Below the pieces are notes generated by a model. It saw only the letters and a list, made by a program, of their open reading frames with translations, was not told the origin of the DNA and ran no database searches. Below, piece after piece: positions 37,874 through 47,767 of a stretch of 64,000 nucleotides of DNA. This stretch comes from Vulcanimicrobiota bacterium (GTDB lineage: Bacteria > Vulcanimicrobiota > Vulcanimicrobiia > Vulcanimicrobiales > Vulcanimicrobiaceae). Numbering within the stretch: the first letter of the stretch is position 1; every line of letters begins with the position of its first letter. The stretch is taken from contig CAWETW010000002.1 in NCBI GenBank assembly GCA_963812155.1, positions 174,577 through 238,576 on the forward strand. The letters run 5' to 3'. A program made the position numbers and the translations under genes.

Positions 37874-39073
37874 ATGAGAGCGTCGCGTAGTCCACGCCCG
37901 AGTCTCACGCAGCTGGTCGTCTATTTTCTCAAACTCGGAGCTACGGGATTCGGTGGACCCGTCGCGCTCGCAAACTATATGCGCGCCGACCTGTTCGAGC
38001 GCCGTAAGTGGTTCACGGAAGACGAATACGAGCAGGGGCTTGCGATCGCGACCGCGCTTCCCGGGCCGATGGCGTACAAGCTCGCTATCTACTGCGGGTA
38101 CATCGCGCACGGCGTCGTGGGCGGCGTAACGGTCGGTTTCGCCTTCGCGATCGCGCCGTTTGTCTTAGTGGTGCTTGCCGCGTTCGTGTATACGCGCTAC
38201 GCCGCATCAGATATAGTTCGCGGCCTGTTTTACGGCGTCGGCCCCGTCGTCGTCGCCCTTATTCTTAACGCATCGTTGGATCTCGGAGTGAAAACGCTCA
38301 AGCGGGAGGTTCCGGCCTGGATCGTCGCATTAGTCGCTCTCGCAGCGACGATCGCTCTGCAGCGTGAACTGACGATTATCTTCGTCCTTGCCGGCGTGCT
38401 CGGCATTTTTCTTTTCGCTCCACAGCCAAAGCCGCCGCCTGCAACGCCGGCCGCCGTAGGCCCTTCCCAGAAGGTCTCTGCCAACGCCCTGCCACTCCTT
38501 GCCGCCGCCGTGCCCGCGGCGGTGAACGGCATGGCATGGCAGCTCTTCGCGTTCTTCTTCAAGACCGGTCTGCTCGTCTTCGGAAGCGGCCTTGTGATCG
38601 TGTCGTTCGTCAAGGCTTACGTAGTAGATCAATACCACTGGCTCGACAACCGAACGTTTCTCGACGCCGTGGCGATCGGTATGATCTCACCCGGGCCCGT
38701 CGTCATCACCGCAACGTTTGTCGGGTACATCGTGGGCGGCCTCTTAGGCGCTGTAGCGGCGACCGTCGGCATCTTCCTCCCGTCGATCGTGCTGACTATC
38801 GTAGGCACGCCGATCCTGATGCGCTATCGCAGTAATCGAAGCGTTATGGGCTTTGTTCGAGGCGTAACCGTTGCCGTCGTAGGAGTTCTCGCGGGCACTA
38901 CGTATCTCGTCGGCCGTCCCGTGATCGGCGATCTTCTTACCGTTGTGCTCCTGGTCGCAGCGATCGTCGCGACTCGACGCGCGAAGAAGATTCCCGACCA
39001 AGCGCTAATTGTCGGCGGCGCTATCGTCGGGCTCATCGCGTATCCCCTACTTCGGCCGACCTGGATTCAATAG
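37874..39073 (+). CDS. chrA: Chromate transporter (CHR family)
   Basis: Duplicated CHR domains with LKLGATGFGGPVA.....E and GPMAY / SPGPVVI motifs, 399 aa. Confidence 0.85.
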   Translation: MRASRSPRPSLTQLVVYFLKLGATGFGGPVALANYMRADLFERRKWFTEDEYEQGLAIATALPGPMAYKLAIYCGYIAHGVVGGVTVGFAFAIAPFVLVVLAAFVYTRYAASDIVRGLFYGVGPVVVALILNASLDLGVKTLKREVPAWIVALVALAATIALQRELTIIFVLAGVLGIFLFAPQPKPPPATPAAVGPSQKVSANALPLLAAAVPAAVNGMAWQLFAFFFKTGLLVFGSGLVIVSFVKAYVVDQYHWLDNRTFLDAVAIGMISPGPVVITATFVGYIVGGLLGAVAATVGIFLPSIVLTIVGTPILMRYRSNRSVMGFVRGVTVAVVGVLAGTTYLVGRPVIGDLLTVVLLVAAIVATRRAKKIPDQALIVGGAIVGLIAYPLLRPTWIQ

Positions 39074-39143
39074 GCGTCCGCCTTGTGAAGCTCATTGAAT
39101 AGAGAGCTTGGGTAGCCCTAACGGGAGTCGTAATCTGAATCCC

Positions 39144-39782
39144 TCACAAGGTTCGGCGTATCACGATCGTCCCGATGATTCTTCCAAGTGCTGCCCAGAC
39201 GAAAATTGATGCAAACACCACTACTGACGGCCAGCCCAGACGGTCCGCCAAGCCAAGAGTCACAAGCGATCCGAATCCGATGCTGCCAAGACGAGCCACA
39301 GACATGACGCCGATACGCTGCTCGTCGGTTCCGATCTCGTTCCATCGAATTCGCATGCAAATCAGATACAGCGCCATGAGCAACAGCCAAACCGCGGAGA
39401 ATGTAACGATATAGCTAGCGGCGGCTACGGTCTCTTCAACGGTTCCTTGAAAATGAACGAATACTTGAAGTTGGTAGACGAGCCACACCACGAGAGCGAG
39501 GGTGACAAAGTTCAGGGCGATGGTGAGCGGCGTTGGCACAAAGAAGTACTCGAACAGACGATTGTGCGAGTACCAAAGGATGGATACGACGAGGAAGGTG
39601 AAAGCGAACGCGGCGAGAGCGAACGGCTGAGTGTAAACATTTATCGCATGATGCGGTAAAGCTAAGTTAAGGCTCATCATGCCGAGACTCAAACCCAGCA
39701 CGATATCGAAGAATGTTTCTAGGCGATGCGTAAATCGCTGAGCGTGTGCGTCCGAGAAACGCCCGACTTCCAAGGAATGCAA
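39144..39782 (-). CDS. TMEM175/DUF1211-like membrane protein (putative K+ channel family), divergent
   Basis: Six hydrophobic segments. The N-terminal RLETFFDIVLGLSL resembles the R.E.FSDGV.AI signature but is not canonical. Lies in a patch of lower GC. Confidence 0.5.
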   Translation of the reverse strand: MHSLEVGRFSDAHAQRFTHRLETFFDIVLGLSLGMMSLNLALPHHAINVYTQPFALAAFAFTFLVVSILWYSHNRLFEYFFVPTPLTIALNFVTLALVVWLVYQLQVFVHFQGTVEETVAAASYIVTFSAVWLLLMALYLICMRIRWNEIGTDEQRIGVMSVARLGSIGFGSLVTLGLADRLGWPSVVVFASIFVWAALGRIIGTIVIRRTL

Positions 39783-40080
39783 GGTTACACCGTTCTTTTA
39801 GGCAGTTTCGATGCTACATTATAGCAGACTGCTACGCAGTGTTGATGCGTGGCTCGAGGAACATTGCGGCTTGCGATCTACCGCAGCGCCTTCACTGGCC
39901 GGATGAATCGGCCGTTTTGGATGTATCGAACCCGAGAGCGGTAGCTACCCTCATTGAAACCGCCGCAGCGGCCGTTCCTACGACGTGAGGGCCAGATCGA
40001 ATGTTCGCGATGCTGTGGGTCGCTACAATCATGCCTGCGCGGGGCCTTATTGACGCCGCTGCACTCCGCTTGCCTTCCCG

Positions 40081-40647
40081 TTAGATATATCGGCGCACTC
40101 GCTTCCGGTAAGCCTGATATTCATTGCCGTAGTGAGATGCGAGATAGACCTCTTCTCGCAGTACCTGCCGATGGAAGAGCGCAACGAACGCAAACAAGTA
40201 CAACAGAAACAGCCAAGTCGGCAAGACGAGGAATTGGCCGGAAAGCACCATCGTAAAAGCGACGTACATGGGATTGCGGCTGTAGGCAAACAGACCGGTC
40301 GTGACCAGGCTATCCGGGCGTTCCATATCGATGCCGATGCGAAAGCTTGAACCAAATGCGACAAGCGTCGCGGCCATGAGGCCGAGTCCGGCCGCGCAAA
40401 GCCCGACGCCGGCCCACGCAACGACGGCCGATGTGAAAAGCAAGGGCAGAGCAAGGCTTGGCCAATGCAGCGCACTTGCAAAAATGAGATAGAAATAAAA
40501 CAAGGCAAAGGGCGGAATGAGGAAGTCCGTCTTGTCGATTGCACCGAACTTCGTCGCAACGATTCCGCGCCTGCGCAGGATCGCGGTGCGCGTAAGGACT
40601 ATGCCGACGAGGAGCACGATAGCTAGTGCCGCGAGCTTATGCGTCAT
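40081..40647 (-). CDS. Isoprenylcysteine carboxyl methyltransferase (ICMT)/phospholipid methyltransferase family membrane protein
   Basis: C-terminal LVTTGLFAYSRNPMYVAF......EE..L...YG.EY..Y...V.RYI signature. ATG chosen at 40647. Confidence 0.8.
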   Translation of the reverse strand: MTHKLAALAIVLLVGIVLTRTAILRRRGIVATKFGAIDKTDFLIPPFALFYFYLIFASALHWPSLALPLLFTSAVVAWAGVGLCAAGLGLMAATLVAFGSSFRIGIDMERPDSLVTTGLFAYSRNPMYVAFTMVLSGQFLVLPTWLFLLYLFAFVALFHRQVLREEVYLASHYGNEYQAYRKRVRRYI

Positions 40648-40806
40648 ACTGGCGTACCGACCGATGAGTGCGGTCGTACTTCGTCGTAGTCCTTTTTCTT
40701 TCAACGATGACCGAAGAGCAAGTTGTCGAAGAACTTCGGAAAGGCGATGCCTAGAAGTGTTGTCCACATGGGAAGTAGCATTCGGTCGCATGGAACGGGT
40801 AAGCGC

Positions 40807-42324
40807 ATGAGCCGTGCCGTGTGGTTCGCGACAGCGCTCGTGGCCACGGCCGTGGCCATCGTGCACTTGATGAGTGCGGGTCGCTACGGCTTCTTTGCCA
40901 ACGAGCTGTACTTTATCGTCTGCGGCCGCCACCCGGCGATCGGCTACGTCGACCAGCCGCCGCTGGTGCCGCTGCTCGCCGCCGCGACGCAGATCGGCGG
41001 CATCAACGTCTGGCTGCTGCGCCTGCCCGCGGTGCTCGCGGCCGTAGCACTCGTGCCGCTGGTCGTGGCGCTTGCACGGTTGCTCGGCGGAAGCACGCGC
41101 GCGGCCTGGCTCGCCGCTATCGCTGCTGCTGCGTCTCCGATGATAACGGCGATGAGCGCGGCGCTGTCGACATCGACCTTCGAGCCGCTGGCCTTTACCG
41201 CCGTGGCCTACTTCGTTTCGCGCGGCGTGCTGCTGGCGGAGTCCCGCGCCTTTTGGTGGGCGGGCTTAATCGCAGGCATCGCGCTGGAAGCGAAATACGG
41301 CATCGTATTTTGGTTGCTGGGAATCGCGTTGGGGCTCGCGCTCTTCGGCGATCGTTCGGTCTGGCGGTCGCGAGATTTTTGGATTGGTGCGGCGATCGTG
41401 GCGCTGCTCGCGCTTCCGAACGCCGCCTGGCAGGTGGCACACGGGCTTCCATTCCTAGAACTGGTACGCAACGACAACGCCGGAAACTTAACGGGCAGTC
41501 CACTGCGCTTCTTGCTGGATCAGCTTTTCCTGATAAACGTCCTGCTCGCGCCGCTATGGATCGCAGGCATCGTCGCGCCCTTCGCTTCGAAGCGAATGGC
41601 GCCGTCGCGGTTTCTTTCGGTGGCATTCGTGGTAACTGCCGTACTGGTAGTCGCCACCCACGGCAAGGACTATTATTTAGCCGGTGCCTATCCGACCATG
41701 TTCGCCGTCGGCGCCGTGGCGTGCACGCGCCTTTGGCGCTGGTTCGTCGCGATCTGGGCGGTACTCACTGCAGCAAATGGAGCACTGGCGCTGCCCTTCG
41801 TTCTGCCGCTGGAGCCGCCCGCGCGGCTCGCCGAGTCACTCGACCGGATGAACTTTCGTCCGCCGCCAATGGAGAAAGCGTGTGTCGGAGCACCGCTTGG
41901 ATGCATCTTCTCGCTGGAGTTCGGATGGGAGGAGGTCGCGCAACGCACTGCCGACGTCTATGCGGCGTTGCCACCCGCCATTCGCGATAAGGCAGCCATT
42001 TTAGCGTCGAACTACGCTGAGGCCGCGGCAATCGACATCTACGGAAAAGGCTTGCCGCCGGCATTGAGCGGCAACAACCAGTATTATCTTTGGGGCCCGC
42101 GCGGCTACGACGGCTCCGTGGTGATCGCCGTCGGCTTCGAACCATCTGCGTTAGCACCACTTTGCGGTTCGGTCGCCCTCGCGTCGCGATACGGAACCTC
42201 GCCGTATGAGATGCCATACGAACGCAATCGTTTCATCATCATCTGCCGCAACGTGCACCCGTCGCTCGCGGCACGCTGGAGCGAGTTCAAGCACTACGGT
42301 ATCGAGTATTGGCCGCGGCGCTAA
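40807..42324 (+). CDS. Glycosyltransferase family 39 (ArnT/PMT-like) membrane protein
   Basis: N-terminal FANELYFIVCGRHPAIGYVDQPPLVP motif, many TM segments and a soluble C-terminal domain. The start could be 40723, 40768 or 40807. Confidence 0.75.
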   Translation: MSRAVWFATALVATAVAIVHLMSAGRYGFFANELYFIVCGRHPAIGYVDQPPLVPLLAAATQIGGINVWLLRLPAVLAAVALVPLVVALARLLGGSTRAAWLAAIAAAASPMITAMSAALSTSTFEPLAFTAVAYFVSRGVLLAESRAFWWAGLIAGIALEAKYGIVFWLLGIALGLALFGDRSVWRSRDFWIGAAIVALLALPNAAWQVAHGLPFLELVRNDNAGNLTGSPLRFLLDQLFLINVLLAPLWIAGIVAPFASKRMAPSRFLSVAFVVTAVLVVATHGKDYYLAGAYPTMFAVGAVACTRLWRWFVAIWAVLTAANGALALPFVLPLEPPARLAESLDRMNFRPPPMEKACVGAPLGCIFSLEFGWEEVAQRTADVYAALPPAIRDKAAILASNYAEAAAIDIYGKGLPPALSGNNQYYLWGPRGYDGSVVIAVGFEPSALAPLCGSVALASRYGTSPYEMPYERNRFIIICRNVHPSLAARWSEFKHYGIEYWPRR

Positions 42325-42550
42325 AGTCATGAAGTAAAGAGTCCTTCACGCGGCGAGTTCTCTGGAAACCGTTAGATCGCCGGAGAAGCGGGCGCTTTGT
42401 CGCCGCTGCAGGCCTATTTCCTCTTCTCGGGCAGGCGTCGGCGTAAGTCCCCAACACTAGGGAACAATGTCCGCGGAAGCGTGCGGCCGACTCCCGAGCC
42501 GGAGGGCCCGCTTTTGCACATTCTTGCGGCAGCGATTTGGAGGTGCAGTC

Positions 42551-43534
42551 ATGATCAAGCGCTTTGTCGCTCTTCTCGGAATCACGATTCTTGTAGGCTC
42601 TCTGCGTACCGGCGCATTGGCGCAGAACGCGATCAATGCGACCGGCAGTTGGAGCATGACGCCCAGCGGTGAGGCGTTGGCGAATGGTCAAGTCAAAGTG
42701 CGGCAGGATGGGTCGGCTGTCGTCGGCACGTACGGACAAAACGGACATTTCGAAGGGAAATTCCAGCCCGGCACCCTGCAGGTGGATGCGAATTGGAACG
42801 ACTCGCGTGGCACCGGTTGGATGACGATCGTCTTTGCAGCCAACGGAAGAAGTTTTTCCGGCCAGTGGGGACGTCCAGGCAGCAGCCCAAGCGGACATTT
42901 TGAAGCGGTTCGCTTCGCCTACCCGAATGTGTCCGGACTCTATTACGTGAACGTTACCGGCGGGACGGAAATGACGTCGCGCCGCGTCAGCCTTCATCAG
43001 TTAGGGTTAGATGTCGTCGGCAATTTGGGTCCTGGAACTCAACTCGACGGCACCATCGACTCCGACACTTACACGCTGACCGGCAGTTGGAAGGAACCGA
43101 ACGGAAGCGGCTGGATCAAACTCCAGTTTGCCGACAACGGCAAGAGTTTTCAGGGCACCTGGGGCCTGGCGCCAGGCGCGGAAGCTGCCGGGCAGATCAG
43201 CGGAAGCGTCGCCGACACCGCGCAGCTCCGCGTCAACGGTCTCTGGGAGATTGCGTCCAGCGGCGGCGCTTTTTCCGGCAACCATTTGAAGCTCGAGCAA
43301 CAGGGACAGACGGTCACCGGCAATTTTAAGGATGGGCACCTGCAAGGAACGCTTACCCGAGGCTCCTCATCGCTGAGTGGCACCTGGAGGGACGCGCACG
43401 GCACCGGATACGTCGCCATTAAATTCACATTGGACGGCATGCATTTCCAAGGCACCTGGTCGCGGAAAGGCGGGAGCAGCGGAAGCCTCATAGGGAAGCG
43501 CGTGACATCCGCAATGCCGGCGTTGCGCAACTAA
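42551..43534 (+). CDS. Secreted protein built of three about 100-aa internal repeats, unknown function
   Basis: ATG at 42551 after GGAGGTG, with a signal peptide. Three units share the pattern G.W.......L.Q.G..V.G......G......L.G.W.D..G.G.....F...G..F.G.W. Confidence 0.6.
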   Translation: MIKRFVALLGITILVGSLRTGALAQNAINATGSWSMTPSGEALANGQVKVRQDGSAVVGTYGQNGHFEGKFQPGTLQVDANWNDSRGTGWMTIVFAANGRSFSGQWGRPGSSPSGHFEAVRFAYPNVSGLYYVNVTGGTEMTSRRVSLHQLGLDVVGNLGPGTQLDGTIDSDTYTLTGSWKEPNGSGWIKLQFADNGKSFQGTWGLAPGAEAAGQISGSVADTAQLRVNGLWEIASSGGAFSGNHLKLEQQGQTVTGNFKDGHLQGTLTRGSSSLSGTWRDAHGTGYVAIKFTLDGMHFQGTWSRKGGSSGSLIGKRVTSAMPALRN

Positions 43535-43591
43535 CTTCTTAACAAGGCGCTCCGGCGAATGACGACCGTCCCGGTGGATCTTCGGAGCGGT

Positions 43592-44494
43592 CTAGACGTT
43601 CGCGATTGCGCCCGTCGTGTCGCGCAGCGGTCGCCCAGATCGCCCGTTCAATACGCTCAGTATCTCTGCAAGAATCGAGCAGGCGATCTGTGCGTTGGTA
43701 ACGGCACCGAGATCGAGTCCCACTGGGCCGCGAACACGGTCGAGGACGGCTTGGTCGTAACCGAACGCACTTAGCGCTTCGCGCCGCACTAACTGAGACC
43801 GCCGGCTTCCCAGCGCGCCGATGTAAGGGATCGTTGAAGCCAGTGCGCAGCGAATCGCGGGCACGTCGATCTTGACGTCGTGCGCGAGTGCGACGACCGC
43901 ATCGGCGTGCTCGAGCAATGCGAGGAGTACGTCGTCAGGCCATCCGACGATCAAATCGTCGGCATCCGGATGCCGGCGTTGCGTTGCAAACGCCGGCCGT
44001 GGATCGACGACCGTAACGTGGAAGTCGACGGCGCGGGCGGCGCGCGTCAGATGCGATGCAAGATCGGTCGCCCCCACGATGACGAGCCGGCGCTTTCTTG
44101 GAATATGCAGGAGGTGCCCGCCGCAGAGGAACGTGACCGCATCGGAACCGCTCGAGACTCGATCGGCGATCGAAGCAAATTCCTTCGGCGGCCTCCAGAC
44201 GACGACGGTTAGCGATGCACCGCATGCCGATCCGTCGAGTAGCTCGTCGCTCATATCGAACTCGAGCGTACGATCCGTCGTATCGCGCAACGCAGTGCGC
44301 GCAGCGTCGACTATTTCGCTCTCGTGACAACCTGCACCGATGTTGCCGGTAATCGCGCCGTCGGAATCGACGACGAGTGACGTGCCGATCGGCGCCGGTG
44401 CGGAGTTGCGCGTCGCGACCAGCGTCGCGACGGCGAACGGATTTTCATCCCGCAAGCGGATTGCGATTGCGTCGTATATCTCACGCATTCGCAA
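43592..44494 (-). CDS. XdhC/CoxI family molybdenum-hydroxylase accessory protein
   Basis: N-terminal XdhC_CoxI pattern (FAVATLV...NSAPAPIGTSLVVDSDGAITGNIGAGCHE) and a C-terminal Rossmann-like half (LVIVGATDLA). Confidence 0.85.
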   Translation of the reverse strand: MRMREIYDAIAIRLRDENPFAVATLVATRNSAPAPIGTSLVVDSDGAITGNIGAGCHESEIVDAARTALRDTTDRTLEFDMSDELLDGSACGASLTVVVWRPPKEFASIADRVSSGSDAVTFLCGGHLLHIPRKRRLVIVGATDLASHLTRAARAVDFHVTVVDPRPAFATQRRHPDADDLIVGWPDDVLLALLEHADAVVALAHDVKIDVPAIRCALASTIPYIGALGSRRSQLVRREALSAFGYDQAVLDRVRGPVGLDLGAVTNAQIACSILAEILSVLNGRSGRPLRDTTGAIANV

Positions 44495-45050
44495 ACGCCT
44501 CCCACTGCGCGGGAGAGTCGAGGTCTAGAAATGCCGACGCGTCGGGACACGTCCATTGGGCTCGAACGAACGACGCATCCTCGCGAGCCACGCTTAGCGT
44601 GTCTCCGTCCGGCAATGCTTCGAGCTTGGCACGTGTGCTCGGCGCAAACAGAACGGGATGTCCAGGAGCTCCCTCGGCGCTTCTCGGAAACGCAACGTCG
44701 ACAGCGCCGGACAACAACGACTCGGTTCGCGCGATCGTCGCGTCCGTCATTGCAGGCATATCGCCGAGAAGAACGCCGACTGCTTCGTTGCGACCAATGA
44801 ACCGTAGCGCGATGCGCAGCGAATGGGCCATCCCACGCCACGGCTCTTCATTCGCAAGTACCAGCGATCGCGGTATCATCCGGCCCGCTGCCTCGCGCAG
44901 CCTAGGCGCTACCACGAGGATGCTGTTGCGAATACCGAGCGCAAGGCCGACACGCTCCAACGGCGCCGCGTGGCCGCATCGGAGAATGGTCTTGTCGAAC
45001 CCCATCCGCCGAGCGTTCCCAGCTGCCAAAACGACGTAGCGAACCTTCAG
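44481..45050 (-). CDS. MobA-like NTP transferase (MocA-type molybdenum cofactor cytidylyltransferase candidate)
   Basis: LAAGNARRMGFDK nucleotide-binding loop and GDMP motif (LLGDMPAM). The ORF track starts at TTG 45029. I extend to CTG 45050 (see finding), because that restores the beta1 strand KVRYVVLAAG and sits 7 nt after AGGAGG. Confidence 0.7.
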   Translation of the reverse strand: MKVRYVVLAAGNARRMGFDKTILRCGHAAPLERVGLALGIRNSILVVAPRLREAAGRMIPRSLVLANEEPWRGMAHSLRIALRFIGRNEAVGVLLGDMPAMTDATIARTESLLSGAVDVAFPRSAEGAPGHPVLFAPSTRAKLEALPDGDTLSVAREDASFVRAQWTCPDASAFLDLDSPAQWEAFANA

Positions 45051-47767
45051 ACGGCCACCTCCTGGAGGCGCGCGAAAATACGGTCCTCGGTAAAGGGTAA
45101 GCTCGTAAAGCGGAGGCCCGTGGCGGCGCGCAACGCATTTCCGATGGCCGGCGGAACGGGATTGTTCGTGTTCTCCGAGATCGATTTTGAACCGAGCGGC
45201 CCGATTGGGTCGTGCGTGTCGGCGAAGAATACTTCGGTTTCGGGCGCGTCGGCGAAAGCGGGAATGCGATAGTTTCTCAACGTTGGATTTACGACCGCCC
45301 CCTGCGCGTCGTAGACCATTTTCTCTTGCAGCGCGTACCCGACGCCCATGACGACGCCTCCCACGGCCTGCCCGCGCAGCTGGTGCGGATTCATCACCGT
45401 ACCGGCGTCGACTGCCTCAATGCTGTAGAGAATGACGATCTCGCCGGTGACGCGGTGCACGGCCAATCGCACGCCGTAAGCGATGAACGCGACCGTACGC
45501 GGCGAGCCGTACGCTTTGCGGAACGCGGTGAAATCGACGCCTTCCTTCACTCCTTGCGCGTACAGGTCGGGCAGGGATACTTTCTTCTCCCCGCAGAGCA
45601 CTTCGCCATCGACGAGCGAGCACCGGTCGAGTCTTTCGCCGGTTGCTCGGCTCGCGTAACCCAAGATCTTCTCTCGCAACGCAACCGCGGCATTCTCGAC
45701 CGCCTTGGCCGGGACCATCATGCCGGCACTAGCAAACGTCCCGGTGTCGTAAGGCGTCTTGTCGGTATCGGCGTTCAGCATTGAAACGCGCGATGTGGAG
45801 CAGCCCATGACCTGCGCAACGATTTGCTGCTGCGCGGTGACGAGACCGTTGCCGATCTCGGTGGAACCCACCGTAAAATGATATCGGCCGTCCTCGAGCA
45901 GCTCGATAACCGAACCGGATCGCTGTTCCGTCGGCGGAACGCAATCGAGCATCGTGATGGCCATCCCGCTCCCTTCGAGCCAATGCTCGCCTTCCGGTTT
46001 GGCGCGACCTCGTTTGGCTTTCATGCCCTTCTCGACGGCGTCAATGCACTGATCGAGACCATAACTGCTGATCGAGAGGTCCGAGACGTCTTTCCCGGCC
46101 GCTTCGAGGTTGTCGTTGGGACCGACGACGTTCTTCCGACGGAATTCGATCGGATCCATGTCGATCATGTGTGCCAGCTCGTCGATTGCCGATTCCAGCG
46201 CAAAGGTCGTTTGCGACGTTCCGTATCCGCGGAATCCGCCGCCGCAGTGCGTGTTGGTATACACGGCGTACCCGTCGCCTTTTTTGTTGGCGCTCTTGTA
46301 GAGGCTCCACGGACCAGACATGCCGTTCGCGAGCGTTTCGCCGCCATGGTTGCCGTACGCGCCGGTGTTCGAAACCACGCGATATTGGATCGCAGTGATT
46401 TCTCCCGCTTTGGTAGCGCCGAGTTTGAGCCGAACCTTCATCGGATGCTTCGTCGTTGCGCCGATGAACTGTTCTTCGCGAGTAAATTCCCATTTCACCG
46501 GCCGGCCCGTCTTGAGCGTCGCTAGGAGCGGGAGATCTTCGCTCATCATGTCCTGCTTGCCGCCGAAACCGCCGCCCACACGTTCGCAGAAAACGTGGAC
46601 GTCCGAAAGATTCAGCCCAAAAATAAAGCACAGCTTAGCCTGGACGATGAACGGCCCTTGGACGCTCGTCCGGATGTGATATCTGCCGTCCTCGCCCTTC
46701 CAACTGATGGATTGCATCGTTTCGAGATGGACGTGCTGCTGGCGCGGCGCGAAATACGTATCTTCATAGATCGCGTCGGCAAGCGCAAAGCCGGCCTCGA
46801 CATCTCCCGTTTCGCCGTGCATCTCCAAGAAAATATTCTGTTCGGGATGCATCGCGCGGGAAAACTCGCCCTTGTCGTGGATGCGCGGTGCACCAGGCAG
46901 CATCGCCTCTTCGGGATCGTAGACCGCCGGCAGAATCTCGTACTGCACTTCGAGCTTACGCACGCCCTCTTCGGCCGCGGCTTCGGTATCGGCGACGACC
47001 GCGGCGATGCGCTGACCGACGAAGCGCGCGACGTTGTCGAGCATGTACGTATCGTCGGGGTCGACGCGATTGTCCTCGTGGATCGCCGTCGTGTAGAGTT
47101 TGCGAGGCACGTCTTCCCAGGTGAATACATCGACCACGCCGGGAACTGCGAGCGCTTTCGATTTGTCGATCGACGCGATACGAGCGTGGGCGTGCGGCGA
47201 GCGCAGGACCTTGAGATGCAGCAAACCTTTCGGCTCAGAAATATCGGTGGTGTAGCGGGCGTGTCCGGTGACGATGTCGCGAGCAAAGGGATTGGGCACG
47301 CTTTCACCTTGCGACGTTCCGGCGGTATCTCGCTCGACGTTCTTAACGCCCGCGAACGCATCGCGAATCGAGCCATACCCCGTGCAGCGGCACAAGTTTC
47401 CTTTCAGCGCCTGCGGGAGATCGTGTTTCTGCTCTTCCGTCAGCGAGGCTCCCGTCATGATCATACCGGCCGTGCAGTATCCACATTGAAAAGCTTGAGC
47501 GTCGAGGAAAGCCTGTTGCATTGGATGGAGCGCCCCGTCGTTCGCCAATCCCTCGATCGTCGTGACGTGCTTGCCTTCGGCTCGAAACGCCGGGTAGAGG
47601 CAACTGTGCACCGGCTTTTGGTCGACCCACACCGTGCAGGCGCCGCAGTCGCCCCCGTCGCAGCCCTTCTTCGTTCCATACCATCCGAGATCGCGCACGA
47701 AAGTGCGCAGGCACTGGCCCGGTGCCGGCGCTGCCGAGTATTCCTTTCCGTTCAGATAAAAGTTCAC
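45047..47767 (-). CDS. Xanthine dehydrogenase/aldehyde oxidase family molybdenum hydroxylase, fused [2Fe-2S] and molybdopterin-binding subunits
   Basis: N-terminal two 2Fe-2S motifs (CDGGDCGACTV; CGYCTAGMIM...CRCTGY), followed by an about 750-aa Ald_Xan_dh large-subunit-like region. The GTG at 47767 overlaps the FAD-subunit stop (GTGA). TTG 47788 is the ORF-track alternative. Confidence 0.9.
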   Translation of the reverse strand: MNFYLNGKEYSAAPAPGQCLRTFVRDLGWYGTKKGCDGGDCGACTVWVDQKPVHSCLYPAFRAEGKHVTTIEGLANDGALHPMQQAFLDAQAFQCGYCTAGMIMTGASLTEEQKHDLPQALKGNLCRCTGYGSIRDAFAGVKNVERDTAGTSQGESVPNPFARDIVTGHARYTTDISEPKGLLHLKVLRSPHAHARIASIDKSKALAVPGVVDVFTWEDVPRKLYTTAIHEDNRVDPDDTYMLDNVARFVGQRIAAVVADTEAAAEEGVRKLEVQYEILPAVYDPEEAMLPGAPRIHDKGEFSRAMHPEQNIFLEMHGETGDVEAGFALADAIYEDTYFAPRQQHVHLETMQSISWKGEDGRYHIRTSVQGPFIVQAKLCFIFGLNLSDVHVFCERVGGGFGGKQDMMSEDLPLLATLKTGRPVKWEFTREEQFIGATTKHPMKVRLKLGATKAGEITAIQYRVVSNTGAYGNHGGETLANGMSGPWSLYKSANKKGDGYAVYTNTHCGGGFRGYGTSQTTFALESAIDELAHMIDMDPIEFRRKNVVGPNDNLEAAGKDVSDLSISSYGLDQCIDAVEKGMKAKRGRAKPEGEHWLEGSGMAITMLDCVPPTEQRSGSVIELLEDGRYHFTVGSTEIGNGLVTAQQQIVAQVMGCSTSRVSMLNADTDKTPYDTGTFASAGMMVPAKAVENAAVALREKILGYASRATGERLDRCSLVDGEVLCGEKKVSLPDLYAQGVKEGVDFTAFRKAYGSPRTVAFIAYGVRLAVHRVTGEIVILYSIEAVDAGTVMNPHQLRGQAVGGVVMGVGYALQEKMVYDAQGAVVNPTLRNYRIPAFADAPETEVFFADTHDPIGPLGSKSISENTNNPVPPAIGNALRAATGLRFTSLPFTEDRIFARLQEVAV

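Noticed and set aside
39783-40080. 298-bp spacer with small hairpins (e.g. GGCCG-N7-CGGCC followed by GTTTTGG) as a possible sRNA or terminator
   Set aside because: The stems are only 5 bp, the orientation does not fit the flanking minus-strand genes, and no conserved RNA motif was recognised.
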